Shown here: piece by piece, positions 1 through 12,802 of the stretch
Numbering within the stretch: the stretch's first letter is position 1
How the letters are laid out: the number at the start of each line of letters is the position of its first letter
Source of the DNA: Calcarisporiella thermophila CBS 279.70
Taxonomy: Eukaryota > Fungi > Calcarisporiellomycota
Direction: 5' to 3'
Length of the DNA stretch: 64,000 bases
NCBI RefSeq assembly: GCF_041956535.1
Contig: NW_027192207.1
Location: forward strand, 400,757-464,756
The notes under the pieces: model-generated
Told to the model about the DNA's origin: nothing
Databases searched by the model: none
The model's input: only the letters and a program-made list of their open reading frames with translations
Program-made: the position numbers and the translations under genes

Positions 1-1626
1 AGCTCACTGCCAGCCGAGGCCGAGCACAGTCGGGTGTTGAACCTGTTGCGGGTGTTGCACGGGTTGAAACGCCTTCCACTGGAGGAGTACTCCGATCGAG
101 TCAACGGAAACGGGGATGGGGTCGAGGGCCAGAGGCAGTTGGCGGTTCGGGATGCGATCAATTTCGTCAACAAAAAACTCACCGCCAAGGTCAATCGCCA
201 GCTCGAGGAGCCGCTCATCGTGGCAAGCTCGTGTCTTCCCCGATGGTGCTTCGACCTCGCTCGCTCATTCCCATTCCTGCTCCCCTTCGAGACCCGCTAC
301 GTCTTCCTCCAGAGCACCTCGTTCGGCTACTCGCGCTCCATTACCCGCTGGCAGACGCAGCACCAGCAGCAGCAACAGGGCGGTGCGGAGCGGAGGGATG
401 ATATGAACGTGTTCCTGGGAAGGGTGCAGCGGCAAAAGGTGCGTATTTCCCGTCACCGGATGCTGGAGTCCATGGTGCGGATCATGGAGCTCTATGGCCG
501 CTCGTCGTCCTACTTGGAGGTGGAGTATTTTGAAGAGGTGGGGACGGGGCTGGGGCCCACGCTTGAGTTCTACGCCACGGTGTCCAAGGAGTTCTGCCAG
601 CGCTCCGTCAAGATGTGGCGGGACAATGGGGCGGAGGGGCGGTATGTGGACACCCGCGGGGGCGTGTTCCCGATGCCGATGAACGAGGCCCAGGCGGCAA
701 GCGAAAATGGAAAGCGGGTCCTGCAACTGTTCCGGGTGCTCGGGCAGTTCGTCGCCAAGGCGATGCTCGACTCGCGGATCATTGATATACCATTTAACCC
801 CCTCTTTTTGCGCCTGGTGCTTGGGGAGGTGGAGGAGGGGGTGGAGAGCGGGGTGCGGACGGTGTCCCTGGTGGATCCGGCGCTCGGGAGTTCCCTGGCG
901 GACCTGGAGGCTGCGGTCCGAGAGAAAAAGGAGGTGTATGCGAACAAGGAGCTGAGCGCGGTCCAGAAGCAGCAGGCGCTCAAGGCCATTCGCGTGCGGG
1001 GCGCGTCGGTGGAGGAGCTGGGCCTCGACTTCACGCTGCCCGGCTTCCCGGAGATCGAGCTGAAGCCGTCGGGGGCTGACATCGAGGTGACCATCCACAA
1101 CGTCGACGAGTATGTGCGCGCGGTGTCGGACATGACCGTCCACAGCGGGGTTGCGCGCCAGGTGGAGGCGTTCCGCGACGGGTTCAGCACCGTGTTCCCC
1201 GTCCAGGACCTCCGCGTTTTCACGGCCGAGGAGCTGGTGGCGCTGTTTGGGAATGCCCGGGAGGACTGGTCCGTGGAGACCGTGATGGACTCGATCAAGG
1301 CCGACCACGGCTACGGCATGGACAGCCCCTCCGTGCAGCGCCTGGTGGAGATCATGAGCGAGCTGACCCTGGCGGAGCGGCGGGAATTCCTGCAGTTCGT
1401 CACCGGCAGCCCGAAGCTCCCCATCGGCGGCTTCAAGCAGCTCACCCCGCAGTTCACGGTGGTGCGGCGGCCCCACGAGCCCCCGCTCACCCCCGACGAC
1501 TACCTGCCCTCGGTGATGACTTGCGTCAACTACCTCAAGCTCCCCAACTACTCTGCGAAGGAGATCATGCGCGAGAAGCTGTTCGTTGCGATGAGAGAGG
1601 GCAGAGATGGATTCCATTTGTCTTGA
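1..1626 (+). CDS. UFD4: HECT E3 ubiquitin ligase, UFD4/TRIP12 family (3' part; gene starts upstream of window)
   Basis: KLTAKVNRQLEEPL, FPFLLPFETR, LEVEYFEEVGTGLGPTLEFY, FLQFVTGSPKLPIGG, YLPSVMTCVNYLKLP (catalytic Cys) and C-terminal FHLS are typical of UFD4/TRIP12. Confidence 0.95.
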   Translation, partial: SSLPAEAEHSRVLNLLRVLHGLKRLPLEEYSDRVNGNGDGVEGQRQLAVRDAINFVNKKLTAKVNRQLEEPLIVASSCLPRWCFDLARSFPFLLPFETRYVFLQSTSFGYSRSITRWQTQHQQQQQGGAERRDDMNVFLGRVQRQKVRISRHRMLESMVRIMELYGRSSSYLEVEYFEEVGTGLGPTLEFYATVSKEFCQRSVKMWRDNGAEGRYVDTRGGVFPMPMNEAQAASENGKRVLQLFRVLGQFVAKAMLDSRIIDIPFNPLFLRLVLGEVEEGVESGVRTVSLVDPALGSSLADLEAAVREKKEVYANKELSAVQKQQALKAIRVRGASVEELGLDFTLPGFPEIELKPSGADIEVTIHNVDEYVRAVSDMTVHSGVARQVEAFRDGFSTVFPVQDLRVFTAEELVALFGNAREDWSVETVMDSIKADHGYGMDSPSVQRLVEIMSELTLAERREFLQFVTGSPKLPIGGFKQLTPQFTVVRRPHEPPLTPDDYLPSVMTCVNYLKLPNYSAKEIMREKLFVAMREGRDGFHLS

Positions 1627-1927
1627 TATACTACTGCTAGATAGATAGGGTGGGTGGGTGTGTAGGCGTGGGTCCATAGACGCCCATACACATAGCGTAT
1701 TTTTTTGGGGGGTTGTCTGTAGGTGTCTTGTACAAAGCAAGTGGAGGAGTTTTCTTTTTATATTGTCTTGTCTATTTTCATATTATTGTCATATTACATA
1801 AAACGGGAATTGCCTAAATTTTCCAACGGTGCACCGTCACACAAGCCGTATGACGACTTTTTATTTGGGTACAAAATAGAGGAGTGAGAGGCGGTGGTTC
1901 CTGAGAGCCCATGGGATTTGTGGCAAA

Positions 1928-3638
1928 ATGCAGTCGCTGTTTTTCCAATTGTCGCGGCATCTCCTCTCGTGCCTCATACTGCTGATCACCCTCACTCTCT
2001 CCTACTACGTAGCATACTCGCTCGTGGCCACTCGCCCCGTGGGCGACCTGCGAGAGTATTCGTGGGAGTTCCTGCGGGACATGGAGACGCTGCGGGTTGA
2101 GCGGGGCCGGCTGACGTCGTCGTGGCAGTGTGAGGGCGAGGGAAAAAAGAGCGTGTGCGTGGTTGAAAATCTGTGTGTTGATCGAGAGAGGGGTAAGTGA
2201 GCATGGATGGCGGTTGGAATGGGGAGGCCATTATCTCAAACCTACTGTTTTGCTACTAGGTGCATTTGTCGTCGAAAGCTCTGCAGAAGCGCCACTCTAC
2301 GCTAGCATGGACGCGAATGCGCGCGAGGAGCAAAATGATTACTGGGCACCGCGAGTGATACCGGAGATGCCCGGCGGGCTCTATGGCTTCGTCAATGAGA
2401 CTGTGTTCGTGTATGGGTTCGGAAGCGAAGATATCAACGAGCAGTACTTTAGGACAATTCTGTCACTCTGGAGGTAATGTAATCAGCTTGCCGTCTCGTA
2501 CTCGCTTAATTGGATTGCTAACCTCACCTATAGCACGATGAAAGATCACGGGGCCACTGCAAATTCCTGGCTGCTCCGTCCTTACTCTTCGGCTAGCGAC
2601 TCGAAGGCTCTCCAGTTTGACATATCCTTTTTGGCGCCTCAGGGCCGAGAGGTTGTCTTCTCTGCCAAGCACCGATCCTCCCACTTCCAGATCGAGCCCT
2701 CCAGCAAGCCCCTGTGCTTCCGCCGAGCGGTGGTCGGGCTCAAACACAGATGCGCCCTAGCTTCGTGTAAGAAGAAAATAGGTGGCGAGTACGCCACTTC
2801 GTTGAGAGCTCATATCATCGGAAACCGCCGGCCAGTGGATGTGCATACACCCGTCGTTGGTCTCCTCGAGGTCGAGGCGGGCGGTGGCCCTATCGCGAAT
2901 TTGGATGAATTGGACGCCGCACTTGCCAGAGAAGGATTCACAACGAGACGCGTGCGTCCGATCAGCATGACGCAAAGCTTTGGGGAACAGGTCGATGAAT
3001 ACGCAAAGTTGGCAGTGTTGATTGCACCCGGAGAAATGGGTCTGGTTCCCGCCGCACTAATGGCTCGTTCGGCCACCCTCATTTCTATCAACGCCCAGCA
3101 TGCGACCAACGAAGAAGCGTTGCAATACCCCATGCTGGCGGTGGGGCGAAGAGTGTACGCTTGGGAGTGCCGCAGCCCCAATTGCACCATAGTGGCGGAG
3201 GGGGTGGCGCGAAAATGCTTGGAGGAGGCGGGACTGGGGGCGGAGTGGATAAAAGAAAACGACAAAGCATTTTCTAAGCTGACAAGGCTTGAGCCCATCT
3301 TCTGGTCGGTCCTGAACTCATTCGACGAGGAAGATGAGGTGCGAGAGGCGCGGAGGTGCTACGGGCGGCGGGTACCCAAGCGGGTGGAGGTGAAGACGCT
3401 GGTGGAGATGGTGGGGAAGATCATTGCGGGCATGGGATACTCCGAAAAGGGGCATCAGTTTGGCGAGGAGTTCGGCGTGGTGGAGGGGCTCGAGTTTGTG
3501 GACATTTGTCGGGCGGCACGGTGTTGTGGCCCCTCCTGCGAGGAGGCGCTGGCGACGATGGTGTTTGGGACGGAGAACGTGTGGGGCCTAAAGCCGGGAC
3601 CCATGGAACGCGATTTAAGCTGGGAGCTGGAAGCATAG
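1928..3638 (+). CDS. Type II membrane glycosyltransferase family 61-like protein (3 exons), possibly catalytically degenerate
   Basis: N-terminal TM anchor; CVVENLC, PLCFRRAVVG and IANLDELDAAL...SFGEQV...LAVLIAP layout resemble GT61/DUF563. Introns about 2193-2260 and 2474-2532 (GT..AG). Confidence 0.6.
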
Positions 3639-3874
3639 CATACGTTTTTTTTATATTTGATGTCTATTTCTAAGTAAATATTTCAATCGTGTATTCTTCT
3701 CTATTTTCTCTATTTTCTCTACTTTCGCTTGGAGCAAATAACGATTCATTTTTATTCTAGCCCTCATCGCTACATAGATCACAAATCAAATGTGTCAGCT
3801 ACACCTACCCCTCTACCCCTCTTTTTATGAGAATGCTATCAAACTGGAGGACACGGCTGGAGAAAAAGAATGCG

Positions 3875-4916
3875 CTACCAGCATGTGTATCCGCCATCCA
3901 AAACCAGGTCTGCTCCTGTCATGTAGGAGGAGGCCTCGCTGGCCAAGAAAGCAACCACTCCACGCAACTCTCGTGGCTGGCCTATTCGCCTCATCGGGGT
4001 GAACCCTTCCCAAAGCTTCCGTAGCGAAGGATTCTCCTCGAGTACGGCGTGTAGCTCCTCGGTCTCCATGTAGCCGGGGCTGATCACGTTGACTCGGATC
4101 CCATGAGGGGCCCACTCGCATGCCAGCGACTTGGCGAGATGGGCCACCGCAGCCTTGGACGCGCTATAGGCAGGCTGAGCCATCGGTCGACTTACCGTTC
4201 GGCCCGCTCCACTACCGATGAATATGATCGAGCCGGTTTGACCGCTGACGAGCATTTGACTACACACAATGAAATGAAGCACATTAGTAAGAGTCATTAT
4301 ACCTGCGCCTAGACAGTAGGCTTGCGTACTTTGCCGCGGCTTGGGCGCAGAAGAAGGTTCCGTTCACGTTGATATCCATCACGCGCCTGAACTTGTCCGC
4401 GGGATACTCTCGCGCTGGGATATGCTCTACGATGCCGGCCGAGGTCACAAGAATGGTGACCGGCCGTGAAAACTCCTTGCCGATCCATGAGAACGCACCA
4501 GACACCTGTTTTTCGTCCGCCACATCGCACATGTAAAAGCGCGCCTCCACCCCGTACATCTTTGCGATTTCCTCGCACGCCCGAGTTCCCTCTTCGACCA
4601 AGAGATCAAGACAGGCAACATCCGCACCACATGCAGCAAGGGTTCGCAGCATTTCAAGCCCAAGCCCACGAGAGCCGCCCGTAACTAAAGTAGAGCCAGT
4701 GTCTATATGAAATGCCTACGGTGCATTAATGCTAACATAGCACTGACCAGCCGCGACACGCCCTTTTAACGAAAAGAGCTCTCGAATGTCCTCCTTTTGC
4801 TTCCCGCTTCCTCCCGCTCCCTCCTTGGCGGACGGAGTCAATGAGAGGGTGCCGAGATCTTTGGCGAGCGTTTCCTCGGATGAGGAATGCTGATCTTGCT
4901 TTGATTCTTTCGACAT
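3875..4916 (-). CDS. Short-chain dehydrogenase/reductase (sorbose reductase / arabinitol-mannitol dehydrogenase-like), copy 1, 3 exons
   Basis: LFSLKGRVAA|VTGGSRGLG Rossmann motif across an intron, DINVNGTF, YSASK (YxxxK), IRVNVISPGY, DGGYTCW. Confidence 0.92.
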
Positions 4917-5217
4917 GAAGGGGAATTGTGGATAGACAAGTCTCACACAGGGCAAGGCCTCTCGAAGTTATATGCTTTCCCTCGAGCCAACGCAATTTTA
5001 CGTGGAGTTGCCTCACCATTGGCTAAAATCTTACATATAAGGTAAGGCCTGAGCACGGCGATATGTGGAGGGAAGCCACTGATTCGGTAGAGACCAAGGT
5101 GCTCCCTTCTCGGTCAAATCTCGTTTATTATCCTGAAGCCTGAGCAAGTACATATGGGGAAGGTACAACGTATAGGAGATCTAAGCAACCGCGGTATCAC
5201 TCGACAATAGGCAAGAA

Positions 5218-5488
5218 CTACCAGCACGTATAGCCGCCGTCCAAAGTCAGCTCTGTGCCGGTCATATAGGATGAGGCCTCGCTCGCTAAGAACGCGATGA
5301 CCCCGTGCAGCTCCCTCGGCTGGCCCATTCGGCGCATCGGGGTGGACTCCTCCCAAATTTTGCGCAGAGCAGGGTTCCCGGCAAGCACTTGGCTCACCAG
5401 ATTTGTCTCCATGTAACCCGGGCTGACCACGTTGACCCGAATTCCGTGCGGAGCCCACTCACAGGCCAAGGATTTGGCGAGATGGGCC

Positions 5489-5520
<32 letters not shown>

Positions 5521-6265
5521 GGGCTGTGGCCGGTTCACGACCTGACCAGACATGCTGCCAACGAAGATGATGGAGCCGGGTTTGCCACTGGTAAGCATCT
5601 GGCTACAAACATAGAGACAAGCATACGCCAATGAATATCGAATATGGTTAGCTCCCAAAAAAAAAGCGCCTGTATATACTTTGCAGCAGCCTGAGCACAG
5701 AAGAAGGTTCCGTTCACGTTGATATCCATCACGCGCCTGAACCTGTTCGACGGATACTCTCTGGCCGGAATGTTGTCCACTATCCCCGCCGCTGTCACAA
5801 GAATAGTGACAGGCCGCGAAAACTCCTTGCCTATCCATGAGAATACACTAGACACCTGTTTCTCGTCCGCCACATCGCACATGTAGAAGCGTGCCTCCAC
5901 CCCATACGTCTTTGCGATTTCCTCGCACGCTTGAGCCCCCGCCTCGACCATGAGATCAATGCAGGCAACATCTGCACCACAAGCAGCAAGCGATCGCATC
6001 ATTTCAAGTCCAAGCCCGCGAGAGCCACCCGTAACTAATGTAGAGCCAATGTATATGTGAAATACTCCCGGTCATCAAAAATTAACTCTCACTGACCGGC
6101 GGCGACCTGGCCCTTTAGCGAAAAGAGCTCCGGGATATCCACCCTTTTCAACTCTTCCCCGGGTTTCGCGTCCTCGGGGGATGGGGTCAATGAAAGGGTG
6201 CCGAGCCCTTCGGTAAGCTTCTCGTCGGCCGAGGAGCGTTGTCCCTGGTGTGTTTCTTTTGACAT
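5218..6265 (-). CDS. Short-chain dehydrogenase/reductase (sorbose reductase / arabinitol-mannitol dehydrogenase-like), copy 2, 3 exons
   Basis: Same exon structure as copy 1; GSMSGQVVNRPQPQAAYNASK is the canonical motif of fungal polyol SDRs. Confidence 0.93.
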
Positions 6266-6550
6266 TGTTTGCAATGCCGTAAGACAAGCAACAGTATTCA
6301 GTAATAAAGCTCTAGACGTTCCGGGTGCCTTAATTTTTTTGTGGGGCTAGCATTCCTTCAATGGCTTAGCATCCTAATTCTATCTAAACTTGCTTGTGCT
6401 CGTGTGACTGAAGAGATATTTTTATAACACAGGGAGAAGCCTAGATCCAAGTTAAGCTTCGAAAGAGCGACTCGGGTGGGAAAAAAAAAAGAAACAATAA
6501 AAATAAATCACAGCTAAGCTAATACAAGTAACTACAAGGTGAGAGCTGGG

Positions 6551-9500
6551 TTATAAAGCCATGGTCACTGTGAGGCTTTTCCCGTGGATAAGTAGTGTGG
6601 TGGGTAACCCTTTCACTAATATATCCAAGTTCTCTACGTACTCTAGGGAGGCCTCCTCCGACTGGGAGGTATCGGGCTCAGGGGCGGGGAGGGTGGTGAG
6701 GATAAGGGCGGTGTCGTCGGAATGGAGGCGCATGATATCGTTGAGGATGAGGTGTTGTGCGCGAGCAGGGAGCTCATTGAACTCGAACTGCGTGCGGAGC
6801 GCGTTCGGATTCTCCCTGTCACCTCCTGACAAGGTGCGCGAGCGTGCCGCCCGCTCTCGCAGCTCAGGGCTAAACTGGCGTGTCCGCTCTCGGTGCGCGG
6901 GAATGGGCGGCGATGCAAAAGTGACCGAGTGTATGGGCTGGTCGGGCATCGCCGAGCAACGACGCTGCCTGGCAGGCCGTTCCTCGGGGATGTCGAGAGT
7001 GATGCTGGAGTGATCGCAGGGGGCCGAGCTCATCGACGCGCATCGCTTCAATCTTTCCAAATATTCGCCCGTTCTGGCCTCGTGCTCACCCATAACGCTC
7101 TCTTCTTCGTGCTCGGTTTCGTCGCCGGAAGAGCTCTCATCGATGACCAGCGTCGGGTCCGGCAGGGGCATATTGATGGACATGCTAAGCCGGAGGTAAG
7201 AGGGCAGGGAGTTCCCTGGGAGCTGGGCGATCATTCTCTCCGGCGAGGACGAGAGAGACATTGGGTATTCCTCCCCCGATACCTCCTCGCCTTCGTGCGC
7301 ACCCTCTCCTCCTTCTCTCCCAGCCGGGCCCGTCATTTTCAGAGACGAAGCTGCCTTCGGGTGTACTGACGACGAGTTGAACGGGCCCGGGGTGGGTTGA
7401 GCTTTTGCCTTTTCTCGGGTCTGCTTCAAATTTTCCCACCATGATATCCCCTTCAGGGCCTCCTCGACGGCCAATGGCGCCGGCTTCCCCCTACAGATAG
7501 ATTCGTAAGCACGCACCCGCACGTTATCGAGGCTGAGAACGATAAGTTCGCCGGGGATTCTAAGGTTATCAAGCAGCAACTGCACCCGCCGTTTCTCCTC
7601 CTCTGTGTCGCTCTCGTACTCTACAAAGCACATGATGCGCAATTTGAAATGTGCTCTCCACGTAGGTACGGTATGCAAAATCGTTCCCCTAATTTCGAAT
7701 AAAGGAGTGAGTGTTCTCCATCCCAACTCCCTTTTTTTCTATCACAAGGATCAACACTTACAAGTTTAGTATCATTGTATAGGTATTAAAATTGGACAGC
7801 AGAGCGGGTATTGACTCTTCGCCCGGAGCGCCAGAAGATGATCCCTGAGGCAAAACAGGCGCCGTCATCTGAATCGGCCACAGGTCGATGAACTGCTTTT
7901 TCCTTACTCCATTCTCCGAGTACATTGCGGCTTGGATCGCTCCACGTAAATTATGCCAGCGTGGATGTCGAGTGGGGACGGGCATCTCCAGTGCTTGGAA
8001 GTTATACGCTACCGCCACGGCTTTATTCAGCAGCAAAACGTCCTCAATAATACCGCACCAGTTGGTAATTGAGATGGGGGTTTCGACCCGGTCGCCATCG
8101 GTAGGGAGAGAGCCAGGAGCATCTTGAGATGCAGACGTGGGATCAGCGTCCAGTTCTTGGCGCTGTTTGGAGGCGTGGTATTTTTGCAGGTTGAAAAAGC
8201 CGAGCACGACAACATTGGGTCGCATACCTCCTAGTCCAGAGTCCTATTGGGTATCCGCCAAAAAACCATGTTAGCAACCCTCTTCGCGCATAAAGCAGAA
8301 CATCGCCGCCTACCAATACAAGATTTCTCGCACCTTCGCGCTCGTTTGCCGCGATGTTCAGTTGCACAAACGCCTTTATCTTCGTCACATCCACAAACCG
8401 AAGCCAGGCATGATTCTGCCGAGATAGTTCGCCGAACTGCTCGCGAAAATCTCCCTTGATGACGTGTCCAAGTATATAGAGCGAGCCTTTTTTTAGGGCG
8501 TTACAGAGCTGCGTGAGTTTGTAGCTGGTACGAGGGCTGTTGATGAGCAGGAGAATTTGAGGACGCCAGAACTTGACGCTCTCCTTGCGAGAGTCCAGAC
8601 GAAGCAGATATTTCCGTACCTATAAATGAATGCGTTATTACAAATTGGGGGGAGGGGGCCCTTGAAATCGAAAAAAAGTACATATGCACGTGTATACCTA
8701 CTTGGTGATAGATTAAACTTTGCGTCACATCTCCCCAACTCTTCGGGGGACAAGAGTAGTGTATCCACAAAAATAGAAGGCCCGTCACCACTATGCTCAC
8801 GGTAGCGGTGGCAGGATCCACAAAATACATGGCGCCAATGCACAAAAGCATTCCTGCGAAGGCAGTATGCCACTCGAAGTATTGGAACTTGGGCCGGAAA
8901 TTGGGCGCCGACGCCGCCTTAAGCAGGAAACAGGCAAGATTGAGAATGGCAAAGGTGAGCAGTGATGTCATTGTCACAAACGATGCCATCAAATTAAGAT
9001 TGGTGTTAAGTAGAAAGAGCTGGGAAAGGAGGTAGGTAAGAAAGATTCCTCGGATCGGCTCGTCCGCCTTCGCAGTGCCTTGGGAAAAGGGAAACAAGAA
9101 AGAAAGGAGGTTGTCCCTAGAGAAAGAAGGGTGTTACAAACTACACGATTAGAGAATCCAGACAATCTCGAGAAATACCTTGCAATGGCTTGCAATAGCT
9201 TCGCACTGGTAATAAGCGAACTTAAGACCGCAAAGAGAGCGGCCGCGTACATCCCAGCTACCACAAGGTAAGGCGAGAGTGCGATCTAATATTGGGTATA
9301 GGATTATAGGACTCTTTCACTTATTCCGCGCACTCTGTCATCACTCACATCCTGCAGCACCATTAGATCGGTATACATTGTGATTCGGCCAATGCATGCA
9401 CCCATAAAGAGAATAATAACATGGTATGCGATATAGGTAACTCCAACCGCCCACAGGGTTCCGGTAGGAATTGACTTGCTAGGTTGCGCCAAGTTTCCTG

Positions 9501-10856
9501 ACATAGATGCGCCTATATTGGCCAATAAAACAGAGTGAGACCTCGGAAAGATGAAATTGTAAGTAAGTTGATGCATACCTTGGAGGATACCTATGCAAGC
9601 TGGAAACAGCACTCCAAAGACGCTCTGGAAGGTCTCTGGCGTCCCATCTCCTTTGCCTCCGACAGCAACTGTAAACTTTGGCCAGAAATTGTCCCAAAAT
9701 GTCTCCATGTTGAAGCCCGTGTATATGATATTACGCTCTGGATCACTAAATGGTTGTTGAATTGCGAGGGACAAGAATATGGCGAAGGTGGAAACAACAA
9801 GCAAAAGCGCAAGAATGAGGGAGGTACGAGCAAAGAACTAGATAAAAAAAGATCGATGCGATTGAGTTGGATTGCCATTGATTAGTGTAATCTATAGCTT
9901 CTTACCTTTGACCCGGCAAGGCAAGTCAGGGTGGAGACGAAGAGTAAGATAGTTCCGTATAAAAATTCCCACCACTAAAGGGAGCAAGCATCAGGCCAAT
10001 GTAGTTTATACCCGTACACGTAGGGACAAAAAGCGTACCTTTCCCTCTGGTAATATGCGCGCAATGGTACCGGAAGATACGGAGAAATTGCTCAATAATG
10101 GCTCGCAAAACCCAAGCACGTTCATACTAGTGTTGATTACATTGCCGAGATAGCAAACAAGCCCAATTGATCCTGTGGAACCCAGAAAAATCAGGTTAGC
10201 ATCCATAAGAAATGATCCATAGCACTTCAATATACCTCCGAACTCTGGTCCCAAGCTACGGGAAATCATGTAATACGGCCCACCCCCTATGTAAACAAAG
10301 GAATAAGCTTAGGTTTGAAGTACGTCTAAAATAACCCCCGTACCTCTTACGGTTCCATTAGTGGAAATAGCGGAAATACTCAAGGTAGTGAGAATAACTA
10401 TGGTGTAGCTAAAACAAAATCCGATGCTTTAGCGATGGATGTGTGTCAACAACGCGTAAAAAAAAGTCCCATTTACCCTGCAAGAAATAGAAACACCGTG
10501 CCAAGGATCCCTGCTTGTCCGATGACAAAACCGAAGCGAATAAAAAAGATAATACCCCATATACTTAGGACGGTAGGGACGAATACGCCATCAAATGTGC
10601 CTAATTTTCCATTAGCTTTGCCATCTGTCCGCTGTTGAGAGAATTGAGATGGTGTGTCCCCTCCGAGTCGCGACTCTATGAATGTGATTGAGCGCTGAAG
10701 TGAAAGGTCCGTAGCGCCATAAGAAGGGACGCTTGAGTACAGAATGGAGGCGTAGCGCTCTTGAGAAACAGGCCCAGTATCGGAGACATTGCGACGTGTG
10801 AGGTACTTTTGGAGGATTTCTGTGGAGGAGCCTAGTCGACTAACAAAGCGTGACAT
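6551..10856 (-). CDS. VHC1: Cation-chloride cotransporter (SLC12 family, Vhc1-like), multi-exon
   Basis: [101 protein letters not shown], C-terminal TVTMAL. Confidence 0.93.
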
Positions 10857-11084
10857 TTTTGTAAATAACAACTAAATGCATTTGAGTGAGAGAACACAAA
10901 AATCCTCGCTAAATATGAGTTGATGAAAAAAAGTAATAAAGAGAGGTGCCTCGATAGTAGATTTACACGATCGTGGAGAATCTTTTGGCTGACATTAAAG
11001 TTGCCAAACTGAAAATCGCGAGTCACAGAGCTGCGTCGTCTCGAAAATAAACGGCACGCGAAACTCTACTCTAATATATTAACA

Positions 11085-12658
11085 ATGACATTCAAGTGCC
11101 TGAGCTGTGCGTTACTCGCTAAAGAAAGCACCCTGCGGTTAGCGAATCCCAGAATACTTTCTCTCGCTCCAAGGCGGTTCAACTGTACGTAGCTTTTTAT
11201 ATCTGAATATTGCAGTAAACTGAATTTATTGATGTATGAATTTTAGCAACTTCGAAGAAACAAATCCATGACAAACCCACATTCATAAAGCCGAGCTTAA
11301 ACTACCGTTACATTCGCGATAATGTCGACCACATATTGCAAAATATGGTGCGCCGAAATTACAGTGGAGTTGATGTCAAAGATGTAGCTAGAAAATACAA
11401 CAGTTGGTGCGAGATGAGGACGCGACTCGATCAAATGCTCGCTCATCGCAATGAGGTGGCCCTAAAGCTACAAAATAAGAACATCTCACGAGAGACACGG
11501 ACATCATTGATCGAAGAGGGACGTAAACTCAAGGAAGAAATACAGCAAAGCGAGTTACGCCTCAACACTGAAGAGCAAGCTCTCCTGGAGCAAGCCCTGC
11601 TTATCCCAAACGATACCCACCCAGACGCTCCAATAGGAGATGAGTCTCATGCTCGCGTGCTCCGTACGTTTGGATTACCGCCTCCTCCTGACCATCCAAA
11701 TAAAAATCACCTGGACATTGCCCAAAAGCTTGATCTAGTCGACTTTGAAAATGCTGCCAAAGTTTCGGGTACTTCATTTTACTACCTAAAACGTGAAGCA
11801 GTTCTACTCGAATTAGCACTTATACAGCACGCTCTCTCTAAGGCAGTATCGCATGGCTACACCCCAGTCACCACTCCAGATCTTGTTCGCACTGAAATTG
11901 CACATGGATGCGGATTCCGCCCTCGAAGCACCGAAGCTTCCCAGATTTACGAAATCGAAGACACTGATTCCTCCCCACTCTGTCTTGCTGGTACGGCTGA
12001 AATTCCCCTGGCTGGTATGCATGCCGGTGCCCTGCTCAAACACTCAGATTTACCTACGCGACTTGTTGGGATCGGCCGAGCTTTCCGCCGTGAGGCAGGC
12101 TCACGAGGCGCGGAAGACCGGGGCCTCTACCGTGTACACCAGTTCACTAAAGTTGAATTATTCGCCTTTTCACTGCCACAAGAGAGTGAAGCAATGATGG
12201 GGCAAATGTGTGAACTGCAAGAAGAGATCATCCGCGATCTAGGCTTACACTATCGGTTGCTCGATATGCCGACCGAGGAACTGGGCGCAAGTGCTTACCG
12301 AAAATACGATATCGAGGCATGGATGCCTGGTCGAAATGGATGGGGCGAGGTATGATTGTTTTCTCTTGATTGAAATGGATGATTTGCTAATGAATTTCAA
12401 TAGATATCCTCTCTTTCAAACTGCACCGATTACCAGTCGCGACGACTCAACATCCGATATCAACCCCCTGGTGTGGGTGCTGGCAATAAAAAGCCCCATA
12501 CTGAGTTTGTGCACACTCTGAACGGCACCGCAGTGGCCATTCCACGAGTCATCATCGCAATTCTGGAACAATACCAGACCTCTGATGGCCGTGTGGCTAT
12601 TCCAGAGGTTTTGCAAAAATATATGGGTGGCTGTAAATACATTGAATCCCGCAAATAG
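11085..12658 (+). CDS. DIA4: Seryl-tRNA synthetase, mitochondrial type (3 exons)
   Basis: Presequence-like first exon; [71 protein letters not shown]. Confidence 0.93.
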
Positions 12659-12802
12659 ATCACCCATTTCTTTAGGAAGGAAATAGGAATAAAATTCTTT
12701 TTTATTAGATATTATTAGGCTAGAAGAGATAGCCAAGCATAAGAAACAAAAGAGAATAGTTCACAGGGACAAGGAAATGATATAAATTAAAAGTTGGATG
12801 CA

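Noticed and set aside
265-1740. 491-aa minus-strand ORF overlapping the HECT gene
   Set aside because: Antisense shadow of a GC3-rich coding strand; no recognisable motifs.
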